From the UHGV virus genome UHGV-1329780: a stretch of DNA of 40,311 nucleotides; one strand, 5' to 3'. Made by a program: the position numbers and the translations under genes. Shown one piece after another: positions 9,481 through 17,689 of the stretch. Origin of the DNA: a virus. The notes under the pieces are model-generated. The model had not been told where the DNA came from and made no database searches. It was given only the letters and a program-made list of their open reading frames with translations. Positions within the stretch are counted from its first letter, which is position 1, and each line of letters begins with the position of its first letter.

Positions 9481-11156
9481 TGTGATTGCCCACCCTGACC
9501 ACTAACTGCATTCGCCATAGCTGACAAAACACTCGGATCCGAAGTTTTAGCTTCGCTTAGCGTCTTGGCACCCTGTGCCGCCGCCATCCCCATCGCCATC
9601 ATTTGTTGCTGCTGTTGTTGCTGTGCCCGTTGCTGGCGAGCCTGCTCAACCTGTTCCTGCGGAACAATGACGGTTGGAGACACTCCGGACATATCAGCGA
9701 ATGCATCGATCGCCTGATCAACGTTGAGTTTGTCGAGAGCTTCTGGTTTCGCTTGCGCAAGTTGACCAATGAAGTTAACCGTGGACGCCAGACTGGACAG
9801 GCCGATAGACTTCTGCGCCTGAGCCATGACAGAAATGTATTCGACCTTCAGGGGCATACCTTCCATCGCGTCAGGCGGTGGCGGCAGCATGTTTTTACGC
9901 ACCATCATCGAGAAAGCGCGGTCAATGAGAGGATTAAGACATTCGTCGTTCAGACGCTCCAGAACCGGCCCCAACATCAGAAGTTTTTCTTCTTTCATTT
10001 CGATCACCGCTTCAACAGGCATCGAGCGGGTATTGATGTTCTGCAACATCATGAACAGATCGACAAAGTAGGCGCTGTTAATGATTTGGCGGGTGTCCTG
10101 AATGTCTGCTACCAGATCTGCTGTACTGGGGTTAACCAGATAAGCAGGCCTGAAACCATCCTGACCAGTAATCTGATCGATATACGTGATGTCGCCAGGA
10201 AGAAGGGAGGCGCGCTGATTCTTGAGGGAAGTCGGAGCAACCATCGGCGGATTGGTGGCTTTATCAATCAACTGCGACTTGCGCTTCTGGAGAAGCTGCA
10301 ATGCCTTAACAGGTCCAAGCGCCAGCATACCCGGGCATGATGATCCATAAACATCTTCGCCGTTAACTTCCCAGCGCGGAGCCATAATTGGAAACTCATC
10401 GAATCCGGACTCACGCAACAACTTGTCGTTATCGCCACCAACCTCGTAATAAACCGATTTGAATGGCTTGTTCTTGCTATCCAGCTTCGATGTATCGCGG
10501 TCAATGTTCGGGTAAACCGAATGCATCACTTCAATCCACTTCTCGTAGGTGCCGCTTTCCCACATGCTTTTTACGGATTCGCTGACGTTATTTAGCCCGA
10601 ACTCCTGAACAAGCTGACGAACAGTCATAGAGAACTTGCGGAAACAGGTGTCCACACTGCCACGAGGTGAGTTAGCCAGGTAGTAACTGCCTATCGGGAA
10701 TGGCATTGTGCGAATGATGTCCTCGTCATCCTCCAGCACCGCCATTGCACCAGTGCTGTATGTGCCGAGGCTTCCGTATAACTGCGGAAGAGACTGGTAG
10801 AGATTCGACTTATTGAACATATCGTTCATGCGGTTCTGCACCGCCTCAAGCCACAACTTAACAGGGCCATAATCCATCATTTCAGGATCTGGCGTAGCCA
10901 GGCGAAACCACGGACGCGCGGGGCTTGTGATGCCTGACATCATGCCGCTGGCGAGAGTGCGCGCCGCCATAGTCCCGGTCGAATCAATAATGCGTGTATT
11001 GCGTCGATCGTTACGGTTGACCTCAGAAGTCAGAAAGCGGGAACCACGCGGGTTGATGTAATCACTCAACTCGCGCCAGTGCGGCTCGAACGACTGACGC
11101 TCGCTTTCAAGTTGTGCGAACTGTTTGTTCAATCGCTCTTTAGTTGTTTCCGCCAT
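9477..11156 (-). CDS. Portal (head-to-tail connector) protein, T7 gp8-like
   Basis: 559 aa; GGAG RBS; the Gln/Met/Ala-rich C-terminal tail (QARQQRAQQQQQQQMMAMGMAAAQGA...) resembles the T7 gp8 C-terminus; follows the terminase genes. Confidence 0.7.
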   Translation of the reverse strand: MAETTKERLNKQFAQLESERQSFEPHWRELSDYINPRGSRFLTSEVNRNDRRNTRIIDSTGTMAARTLASGMMSGITSPARPWFRLATPDPEMMDYGPVKLWLEAVQNRMNDMFNKSNLYQSLPQLYGSLGTYSTGAMAVLEDDEDIIRTMPFPIGSYYLANSPRGSVDTCFRKFSMTVRQLVQEFGLNNVSESVKSMWESGTYEKWIEVMHSVYPNIDRDTSKLDSKNKPFKSVYYEVGGDNDKLLRESGFDEFPIMAPRWEVNGEDVYGSSCPGMLALGPVKALQLLQKRKSQLIDKATNPPMVAPTSLKNQRASLLPGDITYIDQITGQDGFRPAYLVNPSTADLVADIQDTRQIINSAYFVDLFMMLQNINTRSMPVEAVIEMKEEKLLMLGPVLERLNDECLNPLIDRAFSMMVRKNMLPPPPDAMEGMPLKVEYISVMAQAQKSIGLSSLASTVNFIGQLAQAKPEALDKLNVDQAIDAFADMSGVSPTVIVPQEQVEQARQQRAQQQQQQQMMAMGMAAAQGAKTLSEAKTSDPSVLSAMANAVSGQGGQSQ

Positions 11157-11170
11157 TTCAATGACTCCGG

Positions 11171-11377
11171 TTACTGACCAAGCAGCGTTTTACCGCTGGT
11201 ATTAGCGGTTGATGTGTCGCCCTGAGAACCGGTAAGCAGCGTAGAACTACGACCAGCAGCAGCGCGACGGCGACGAGTTTCTTCGTCGCGGGCATCAACA
11301 ACGGCGGCATCCTGCTCCTGTGGTGCTGCCTGAACTTCTGGTGTTGCAGGCACTGATGGTGAGCTACCCATGCACAT
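11171..11377 (-). CDS. Small Pro/Ala/Arg-rich hypothetical protein upstream of portal
   Basis: 68 aa; its start context CGGAGTCATTGATATG is nearly identical to the portal start context CGGAGTCATTGAAATG. Confidence 0.3.
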   Translation of the reverse strand: MCMGSSPSVPATPEVQAAPQEQDAAVVDARDEETRRRRAAAGRSSTLLTGSQGDTSTANTSGKTLLGQ

Positions 11378-11445
11378 ATCAATGACTCCGTACGCAATTA
11401 AATTATTACCAATTTAACCACATATGATTTATTTATCGTAGATAG

Positions 11446-11482
11446 TTGACATTTAACGCACTAATTATTACCTTTCAGGTAA
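11446..11482 (+). promoter_or_regulatory. Candidate promoter (-35 TTGACA) with TTACC-N5-GGTAA dyad over the -10 region, upstream of the tRNA cassette
   Basis: TTGACA at 11446-11451; dyad TTACCTTTCAGGTAA at 11468-11482; AT-rich context. Confidence 0.4.
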
Positions 11483-11804
11483 GCAAAGAGTTCATTCCGG
11501 TTATTAACCTGACTGGCTTGTCGTTAAATTGAACAGGTGGGGTGAGCTTTTATTTTGAGCAGTACGGTGTATGGCACATGCGCCGATAGCGGTCTGGATA
11601 CGTTTAAGGGGCACCCTCCCTTGCTCGGGCAAACGAACCAGGTAGCCGGAATGTGCAAGTCGAGCGGTTTTATTCCGCGCACGTGGATTCACCATCCCGG
11701 CGATTCGGTGTGACACCTCGGAAGAGACGAGGGTGCAACGATGAGAGCATTTATGGAGCCGCGACAAAGTGTGGTGCCTTAACAGGCTAAGTGCTCTCAG
11801 CGTT

Positions 11805-11881
11805 GTGGCATTAGCTCAGTTGGACAGAGCAACCGCCTTCTAAGCGGTTGGTCGCAGGTTCGAATCCTGCATGCCGCGCCA
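11805..11881 (+). tRNA. tRNA-Arg (anticodon TCT, reads AGA)
   Basis: Hand-folded cloverleaf: acceptor GTGGCAT/ATGCCGC (one G-U pair), D stem GCTC/GAGC with A20 in the D loop, anticodon stem ACCGC/GCGGT, loop CTTCTAA giving anticodon TCT, T stem GCAGG/CCTGC with TTCGAAT loop, discriminator G and encoded CCA. Confidence 0.9.
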
Positions 11882-12103
11882 GAATCACGCCTAAGGACCG
11901 TGATGCCAGAAGTTCCAGGGGCTTGGCGGTGATGGTTTCCCTTGAAGGACTATCACCGCCCTTTTTACAGCAGGACGCCATTGCGATGACTTCATGCTGT
12001 AAACCCGTACAGCCACGGAAGGCATAACTCATTGCTTCCAGTTCGCCCGGTTCGCCGGGCATTTTTTTGCTTGATGACCGCAAATTACCTTAAAGGTATA
12101 ATC

Positions 12104-12922
12104 ATGAAAAACTTCAAGGTAATTAGCATGTTTGAATCGTTCAAAGAGCTGTTTTTATCTACTGCCAATACTGCCGTGAATCGAGCCAAAAACCCTGTGC
12201 TTGGTGCTTTTGTTATGTCCTGGTGCGCCTTCAACTGGAAATCAATTCTTTATCTATTTTTTAGCAAATCAAACATAATAGATAAAATTTCATATATCTC
12301 AGATAACAGCACATGGAAAACTGTTATGTTTTATCCATGCTTATCTGTAATTGCTATCTGCTGCCTATTACCATGGGTAAACAATATCATTAACGTATGG
12401 CAAGCAAAGCCTCTTGATAATAATGACTCAATCGAAAATCACCTGAAGGCAAGAAAAATCCAGCGTGAAACCAGACTGCAGAGGTTATTAGCTAAAAAAG
12501 ATGTTACATACGACAAAGTTAAGACTGGCGCGGAAAAAGACATCCAAGAGATGAAAGAAGAGATTATTCGATCAAAGAATAGTATGGGGGAATTGACTGC
12601 CGAGTTGAAAGCTAAAGATGACGAATTGAGATCCGCCAGTGCTCAGTTAGCAGCTCTAAATCATTCATTAAAAGAGATATCGGAAACTCTGGGAAGAATG
12701 AATGAGGCATATAAGACCCTCCAAAATGATTTCGACGAATACAAACTCAAATACCCTGAAAAATCTCAAATAAAAAGCCTTGCACTTGGCAACGGCCAAA
12801 CAATTAGCAACTTTTTGGAGCAACACAACTTATCCGGATTAAAATCTGGTAAGCCAGACGTTTTTCATAACTTTGGTGTTCTATCTGGATTATCAGGTTT
12901 CGAGGATAAAAATAAAGACTAA
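12104..12922 (+). CDS. AT-rich moron protein: two predicted transmembrane helices plus C-terminal coiled coil (candidate superinfection exclusion / abortive infection protein)
   Basis: About 272 aa from ATG 12104 (alternative ATG 12128); hydrophobic segments PVLGAFVMSWCAFNW and VMFYPCLSVIAICCLLPWV followed by a Lys/Glu/Leu-rich heptad region; AT-rich with 5 of 8 Arg codons AGA/AGG and several ATA codons; opposite strand to the flanking late genes. Confidence 0.6.
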   Translation: MKNFKVISMFESFKELFLSTANTAVNRAKNPVLGAFVMSWCAFNWKSILYLFFSKSNIIDKISYISDNSTWKTVMFYPCLSVIAICCLLPWVNNIINVWQAKPLDNNDSIENHLKARKIQRETRLQRLLAKKDVTYDKVKTGAEKDIQEMKEEIIRSKNSMGELTAELKAKDDELRSASAQLAALNHSLKEISETLGRMNEAYKTLQNDFDEYKLKYPEKSQIKSLALGNGQTISNFLEQHNLSGLKSGKPDVFHNFGVLSGLSGFEDKNKD

Positions 12923-14394
12923 GCATATGGATCGTACTCGGTAAGCGCCTTGCCTTGCTGGTTCTGCTGCCCGGGAATTCGCAGACGCTTTGACACAGGG
13001 AAAGCAAACGTCAGCAGTAGCGCATCGCCTTTACCAGGCGAACGCCCAAGTCGTTCTTTGATATCTTCCTTCGGTTCGATAACGATTTTACCGTCCACGC
13101 GAACTTTGTACTCTGCCGCCGACAGATCGTCCGCTGTTTCCTGGTCATCCAGCATCCCGCCCAACCTCAGCCATGTCTTGCATGAGTTGAACATCTCCCC
13201 GCGCTTATTGAGCATCTGAGGGTCAGTTGACGCACCACCGAACGGAACAAGTTGCCATGTGCGCCCCCAGCCGTCACCGATTGACTTCAGACCGGTTCCG
13301 TAACCGAAGTCGATGAACACCGCGTCAGCCTGATACTGGTCTTCAAAGTCAGCGATACGCTTCGCCATAATCAGATCGTCAGTGGTCTTGTTGCCAGTCC
13401 ATAGCACCTTACTATGCAACCCCTGCCGCAGGTATATCACCGCGTCATCAACGCCTGAATATGCCGGGTCAACACCGATTATCACCGGAGCATGTGCCAC
13501 CTGCGCAGCGGTTACCACCCGTTTCATTGCCTCATCAGTAAGACCGGTAGGGATAAACTGCAATTCAGATGCATCAGGGAATATGCCGCGCACACGGATT
13601 TTAACGAAGTCGCTGTCTTCCCCGTAGTCATCAACCCATTTCTGCAACTGCTGTTTGTTAGTACCTTCCACCGTCCGGCTGTCAATCTGCGCAGTTTTCC
13701 AGCGGTGTTTGTATTTGCGGAAACATTCGCGAAAACGCCCGGTATTACGTGTAGGGTTTCCGAACGCCACCCAGATAATCTCAGTGTCTTCGTCCGTAAG
13801 CGCACCCTCAGCAACTTCCCACACCAGATCCGCAATGTTCGACGCTTCATCGAATACCACGATGATGCGTTTGCGCTCGTTGTGTAGTCCGGCGAATGCC
13901 TCAGTGTTGTGCTCAGACCAGGGGATTGCGTCAGCTCGCCACCGCTTGTCGTGCCCAGGGTCATTGCTGTACATCGCGGTAGCGGTACAGGTAAACCAGT
14001 CTTTCGTGATAGCAAGGTTCGACCACTTGATAATTTCCGGCCAGGTCTTCGTTCGTAGCTGGTTGTCGGTGTTGGCGGTCACCACGACCTTACAATCCTC
14101 GCAAGTGGACATGCCCCAGTTGATCAGCATTGAGATGAATGCGGATTTACCAATACCGTGACCAGAAGCGCGTGCCAGCATAAGCGGCTGATAGCGCGTC
14201 TCGGGATTCTGCAGGTGATCACGTATCTCTCGGAACGCATCGGCCTGCCACTGACGTGGGCCGGTAGCATGTGCCAGTTCAGTCCCCTCTTCCCCCCAAG
14301 GGAACGCATAGAGGGCATAACCAAGCGGATCGTGAGTGAACCCTGCAATATCCTCGATTAACTGCTCTTCAGGAGATAACACGGTATCTGTCAC
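12919..14394 (-). CDS. Terminase large subunit
   Basis: 491 aa; Walker A-like ARASGHGIGKS near the N-terminus, acidic nuclease-type C-terminal half; immediately downstream of the small subunit with overlapping stop/start. Confidence 0.8.
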   Translation of the reverse strand: MTDTVLSPEEQLIEDIAGFTHDPLGYALYAFPWGEEGTELAHATGPRQWQADAFREIRDHLQNPETRYQPLMLARASGHGIGKSAFISMLINWGMSTCEDCKVVVTANTDNQLRTKTWPEIIKWSNLAITKDWFTCTATAMYSNDPGHDKRWRADAIPWSEHNTEAFAGLHNERKRIIVVFDEASNIADLVWEVAEGALTDEDTEIIWVAFGNPTRNTGRFRECFRKYKHRWKTAQIDSRTVEGTNKQQLQKWVDDYGEDSDFVKIRVRGIFPDASELQFIPTGLTDEAMKRVVTAAQVAHAPVIIGVDPAYSGVDDAVIYLRQGLHSKVLWTGNKTTDDLIMAKRIADFEDQYQADAVFIDFGYGTGLKSIGDGWGRTWQLVPFGGASTDPQMLNKRGEMFNSCKTWLRLGGMLDDQETADDLSAAEYKVRVDGKIVIEPKEDIKERLGRSPGKGDALLLTFAFPVSKRLRIPGQQNQQGKALTEYDPYA

Positions 14395-14987
14395 TGATTA
14401 CCATCCTGACGTTCTTTGAGTCGCTTCCTGGCTGCTGCTATGCGATCAGCAATTGTCACATTCACATTAACATCCAGACGTTCTTTGAACGCGTTGACAT
14501 CAACATGCTTACCAATCAGCTCAAGGTTCTTCACCTTGTCAGGCCATTTAATTTTTTTGAGGATTGTCTCTATCGAATCCTCGTTCATGTTCATGATGGT
14601 CGATGACAGATCAAAGCCACTAAGCGTAGTGCGCCAGATTTTCGGCCACTCACGGATTGGTTTAAGGCTCCCATCGTCGTTGAGGATGTCGATCACGTCC
14701 ATCTGGTCGATCTCCACCAGACGCATGAGAACGTAATCAGCACTGACGCGCATTCGTTTGTTGCGCTCCTCCATCAGCTCGGCAATCCGTTTTTGAATGC
14801 GTTCATCGCGCATCATGACACTGGCTTTAACTGCCGCTGTATTTGGGGAGAATCCTGCGTTAATCGCTGCCTGAGTCTGGTTTTCAGGCGTTTTGATGTA
14901 TGACTGGCAATAAGCCTCCTGCATTGCTGTTAGTGGCTTAAATTGCGTTGATTTGCGTTTATAGGTTTTAGGTTCAGCAGGCATCAT
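14391..14987 (-). CDS. Terminase small subunit
   Basis: Probable start at tandem ATG 14987/14984 (MMPAEPKTYKRK...) rather than the upstream ORF-track start; helical, basic N-terminal DNA-binding-like region; overlaps the large subunit start. Confidence 0.65.
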   Translation of the reverse strand: MMPAEPKTYKRKSTQFKPLTAMQEAYCQSYIKTPENQTQAAINAGFSPNTAAVKASVMMRDERIQKRIAELMEERNKRMRVSADYVLMRLVEIDQMDVIDILNDDGSLKPIREWPKIWRTTLSGFDLSSTIMNMNEDSIETILKKIKWPDKVKNLELIGKHVDVNAFKERLDVNVNVTIADRIAAARKRLKERQDGNQ

Positions 14988-14994
14988 AACCACC

Positions 14995-15026
14995 GTGGTA
15001 ATAGTTACCGTTGTGGTAATAGTACC
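14995..15026 (-). repeat. Tandem direct repeat GTGGTAATAGT(T)ACC x2 just upstream of the terminase small subunit start
   Basis: Copies at 14995-15009 and 15013-15026, between an intrinsic terminator and the terS start; candidate late-promoter or regulator binding site. Confidence 0.4.
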
Positions 15027-15029
15027 ATG

Positions 15030-15056
15030 CAAAATAAAGCCGCCATAGTTGGCGGC
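15030..15056 (-). terminator. Intrinsic terminator (minus strand) between the nin-like block and the terminase genes
   Basis: Hairpin GCCGCCA-TAGT-TGGCGGC at 15039-15056, followed on the minus strand by TTTATTTTG. Confidence 0.5.
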
Positions 15057-15105
15057 AGTATTCAAACCCCATCAAATTCATCATGCATAATCTACTCGTG
15101 ACATG

Positions 15106-15447
15106 TCACACTATTAATTTCGTTTCATGCCAGCCTTTAGTCACCCAGCATTGCGAGTCACCATTACACGGGCATGAATTAACTGGAACTCTCTCGCCGC
15201 ACTTACCGCAACATTTTCTGCTGATCGATTTTATACGCCCGCGCACGCGTGCATCATCCTGGCGGATCAGTAACGCTATATACTCACCAAATTCGTAAGG
15301 CGCACGCCCGGGGCGACGCGTGGCACAGTTACGCTCCAGCATTTCAATTTCCTGAGCATCAAGCACAATCTCCAGTTTACGCACACCAGATGCAGCTTGT
15401 CTGGCTCTCTGAGCGGCTTTGCGCTCTGCTGCTGATTTAGCCATCAA
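15106..15447 (-). CDS. Small basic protein with C-terminal Cys-rich (zinc-ribbon-like) motif; candidate late-gene regulator
   Basis: 113 aa; N-terminal basic/helical region (KAAQRARQAASGVRKLEI) and C-terminal CCGKCG...CPCNGDSQC cluster; last gene before the terminator and terminase operon. Confidence 0.4.
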   Translation of the reverse strand: MMAKSAAERKAAQRARQAASGVRKLEIVLDAQEIEMLERNCATRRPGRAPYEFGEYIALLIRQDDARVRGRIKSISRKCCGKCGERVPVNSCPCNGDSQCWVTKGWHETKLIV

Positions 15448-15718
15448 TATTTACCTTTATCGCGAACACCTTTACCGGTTTATCTCCGAAGTGCGGATGT
15501 GTGATTGTCTTGATTTCATATCCGTCATACGGAACATCTATTCTGCGGCTGGAATCGTCGCTCCTCGGATATCCCTTTGTGATAATCAGGCGGTCATACT
15601 CCCGGAACATAATTCGCTTATTCCAGTAGTCATTACACAGGCGATACTCTTCCGTTTTCTCTCCAGACTTCATCTGGTCGAAATATTCACCGTTAACTGC
15701 CAGTTGAAGGTTAGCCAC
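15437..15718 (-). CDS. ASCH-like (PUA-fold) domain protein
   Basis: GTG start at 15718 preceded by AGGAGG at spacing 6; overlaps the upstream stop; N-terminal pattern NGEYFDQMKSGEKTEEYR typical of ASCH domains. Confidence 0.45.
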   Translation of the reverse strand: MANLQLAVNGEYFDQMKSGEKTEEYRLCNDYWNKRIMFREYDRLIITKGYPRSDDSSRRIDVPYDGYEIKTITHPHFGDKPVKVFAIKVNIDG

Positions 15719-16565
15719 GGTTAACCTCCTGCGGCGGTTCTGGTAGCCGCATCCAGTGTGACGGTTTCCACGACGCACCAGGAATTATCCACCCATCATT
15801 AGCGTCAGGATGACCCGGGATGTAAGTCGCCCATTTCATTCGCCAGTCACCTTTCCTGTCAAACTCCACGGCAACAAGAACGGCTGTTTTGGTATCCGGC
15901 ATTCGCTCACTACAGCTTATCCAACCATCCGGAGTTACCGGATAGTTGCGCATTGCGACCTTTAATGCCTCATAGAAGCACTCTTTCAAATTGTTGAACT
16001 GACACCCATTTAGAGGGCCGTGTTCAGTCAGCATGTTGTGTAATTTCCATGCCGCGTCGTTTACTTCTCTGGATGACAGGGGAGGCAACTTGTAAGTTTG
16101 GCTTACAGGTTCGGCACCATGAAGCATGGCAGCACGGCAGGCGTTCCAGCCAGCTGTTCGCCCAAGCGAGTAAACTTCAGATGGCTCAAGATAATCAATG
16201 TCATGCCCGTCCTCATCGTCGTTCTCAGGTAATGCAGCAGGTACTACTGGCACTGGAGGGGCGGCATAAACAGGAATAACGTCCGATTGATCTTTATTGC
16301 TTTCATCCGTTAAAGCCCAGAATAATTTCCCGGCCGGATGTTTGAAAATATAAGCAACAGGCTCTGCTTCCAGTGATGCCAGCACGATACGCGCCAGCTC
16401 ACGCACAACTTCCGGCGGCGCGTAACGGTCATTCAGGTCATCCCACAGACGTAGCATGTTATCGCTACCAGGGTGAACATCCTCGTTAGTTCCGGCAAGC
16501 GCACTAATAACCTCATCGGCTGCCTCAATAATTTTCAGCGCTTGTTCTCTGGTAATAGTGGTCAT
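15711..16565 (-). CDS. DUF551-type C-terminal domain protein with Ea22-like N-terminal region
   Basis: 284 aa; C-terminal DGWISCSERMPDTKTAVLVAV...HWMRLPEPP matches the DUF551 pattern; N-terminal region shares LEAEPV and AALPxxVVP motifs with the 158-aa neighbour at 17686-18162. Confidence 0.55.
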   Translation of the reverse strand: MTTITREQALKIIEAADEVISALAGTNEDVHPGSDNMLRLWDDLNDRYAPPEVVRELARIVLASLEAEPVAYIFKHPAGKLFWALTDESNKDQSDVIPVYAAPPVPVVPAALPENDDEDGHDIDYLEPSEVYSLGRTAGWNACRAAMLHGAEPVSQTYKLPPLSSREVNDAAWKLHNMLTEHGPLNGCQFNNLKECFYEALKVAMRNYPVTPDGWISCSERMPDTKTAVLVAVEFDRKGDWRMKWATYIPGHPDANDGWIIPGASWKPSHWMRLPEPPQEVNRG

Positions 16566-16771
16566 TTGTTAATCCTCAAAACTTTATGCCCGGGCGCAAA
16601 AGCACGTGTTTTGTCTTTGCTTATTCGCCAGCCATCCTTACGCGCCTCTTTTGCACAACCAGCCCATGACGTACCGATATACTCTCCGAAGTCTGGCACT
16701 GGATATACACCTTCCGTACACTGGCGGCAGTCACAATAGAGATGCATGGTGTAACTTGCGGCAATAGCCAT
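16562..16771 (-). CDS. Small Cys-rich hypothetical protein (nin-like region)
   Basis: About 69 aa from ATG 16771; ATG placed one nt after the upstream TGA in a conserved junction. Confidence 0.45.
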   Translation of the reverse strand: MAIAASYTMHLYCDCRQCTEGVYPVPDFGEYIGTSWAGCAKEARKDGWRISKDKTRAFAPGHKVLRINK

Positions 16772-16772
16772 A

Positions 16773-16994
16773 TCACTCTCCTTTACCCGCCTCTTTCGCC
16801 TGCTCTTTAGCAAGCCGCTCCGCTTCTCTGAAATCCCAATCCACTCGATGTGCTATATCAATTGCAGAACGCACGGTCCGTTCAATTAGCGTGTCCAGAT
16901 TATCAATTGTCATTGCCATATCTGGATTGCGAGATAAAATCTCCGCCCTCTGAATCTGCCAGTTGTTGCAGGTTTCAAGTAATGAGTTAGCCAT
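16773..16994 (-). CDS. Small hypothetical protein (nin-like region)
   Basis: About 73 aa from ATG 16994; ends in KGE-stop within the conserved junction sequence. Confidence 0.45.
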   Translation of the reverse strand: MANSLLETCNNWQIQRAEILSRNPDMAMTIDNLDTLIERTVRSAIDIAHRVDWDFREAERLAKEQAKEAGKGE

Positions 16995-16995
16995 A

Positions 16996-17190
16996 TCACT
17001 CTCCCTTAGTGCGCAAGTGGTTTTTCCAGCGGTTTTGCGCCGCGCTGGGCTTTTTGCAAAAACCACAATCCATCATCCCGTAATATTTCATCAACCCCAT
17101 CCGTCGGTTGCTGAGTCTCACCCACTGCCAGACGCCAGGAGCGTTTCTACGAACTAACAGAATCTTTGCTTTACGGTTGTTGGTTGCCAT
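16996..17190 (-). CDS. Small basic hypothetical protein (nin-like region)
   Basis: 64 aa; starts and ends at conserved junction repeats. Confidence 0.4.
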   Translation of the reverse strand: MATNNRKAKILLVRRNAPGVWQWVRLSNRRMGLMKYYGMMDCGFCKKPSAAQNRWKNHLRTKGE

Positions 17191-17191
17191 A

Positions 17192-17689
17192 TCACTCTCC
17201 TTTGATGCGAATGCCAGTGGTACTCATTCTCCTGATTTCCCAGAGCACACGAGGAACACCACCGTTTCCGACCGGATCGCGTTTACTCCGCAAGGCGACG
17301 CTTGATTCCGCCCAGCTTTTTCTTGGAGGAAGCTCTTTCACACGAACAAAACCAGCTGCGCGAAGAGATGCTCCTGATTCATCTGCCTGGGTGTACGTAA
17401 TACAACGTTGATAACCCATAGCTTTTGCTGCCCGCCAGACAGCACCATAAAGCGCGCTGTTAGCGTTGCGTTCTCCTGTGGTACATGTGCGATTTACTTC
17501 AAGCGTTAATCCATCGTCCAAATGTCGTGCAACAGGTCGACCAGCTGTCGCCACACCTATCAATTCTCCGGCATCATTTATCAGACCAATGCTGAATTTA
17601 TGCCCAACAGGTGGTTTATTGTGTCGGTGATGTCTGGATATAAACGCCTTCGCAACACGAAGAGTAACCGGTGAAATTTGCACTCTCAC
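17192..17689 (-). CDS. Hypothetical protein (nin-like region)
   Basis: About 165 aa from GTG 17689 directly after the upstream TGA with an AAAGGAG SD; no family recognised by eye. Confidence 0.45.
   Translation of the reverse strand: MRVQISPVTLRVAKAFISRHHRHNKPPVGHKFSIGLINDAGELIGVATAGRPVARHLDDGLTLEVNRTCTTGERNANSALYGAVWRAAKAMGYQRCITYTQADESGASLRAAGFVRVKELPPRKSWAESSVALRSKRDPVGNGGVPRVLWEIRRMSTTGIRIKGE

Noticed and set aside
9603-10340. 245-aa plus-strand ORF antisense to the portal gene; likewise 18166-19029, 6465-6944, 4538-4927, 8471-9052, 1510-1995, 5228-5713 and similar ORFs
   Set aside because: They lie entirely antisense to, or in alternative frames of, well-supported genes, have no RBS, and have low-complexity Arg/Ser/Leu/His-rich translations typical of shadow ORFs.
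11700-11760. Hammerhead-like ribozyme in the tRNA leader (CGATGAGAG resembles CUGAUGAG)
   Set aside because: The conserved U is missing and no properly placed GAAA or flanking helices could be found.
11504-11767. 87-aa minus-strand ORF in the leader upstream of the tRNA
   Set aside because: Arg/His/Ser-rich translation, no RBS, and it overlaps a region better explained as structured noncoding RNA.
11805-11881. tRNA-Arg gene as the phage integration target (att core)
   Set aside because: It lies about 15 kb from the integrase, embedded in the late operon with its own promoter, and carries an intact 5' acceptor strand. It reads as phage cargo rather than an att-derived tRNA fragment.
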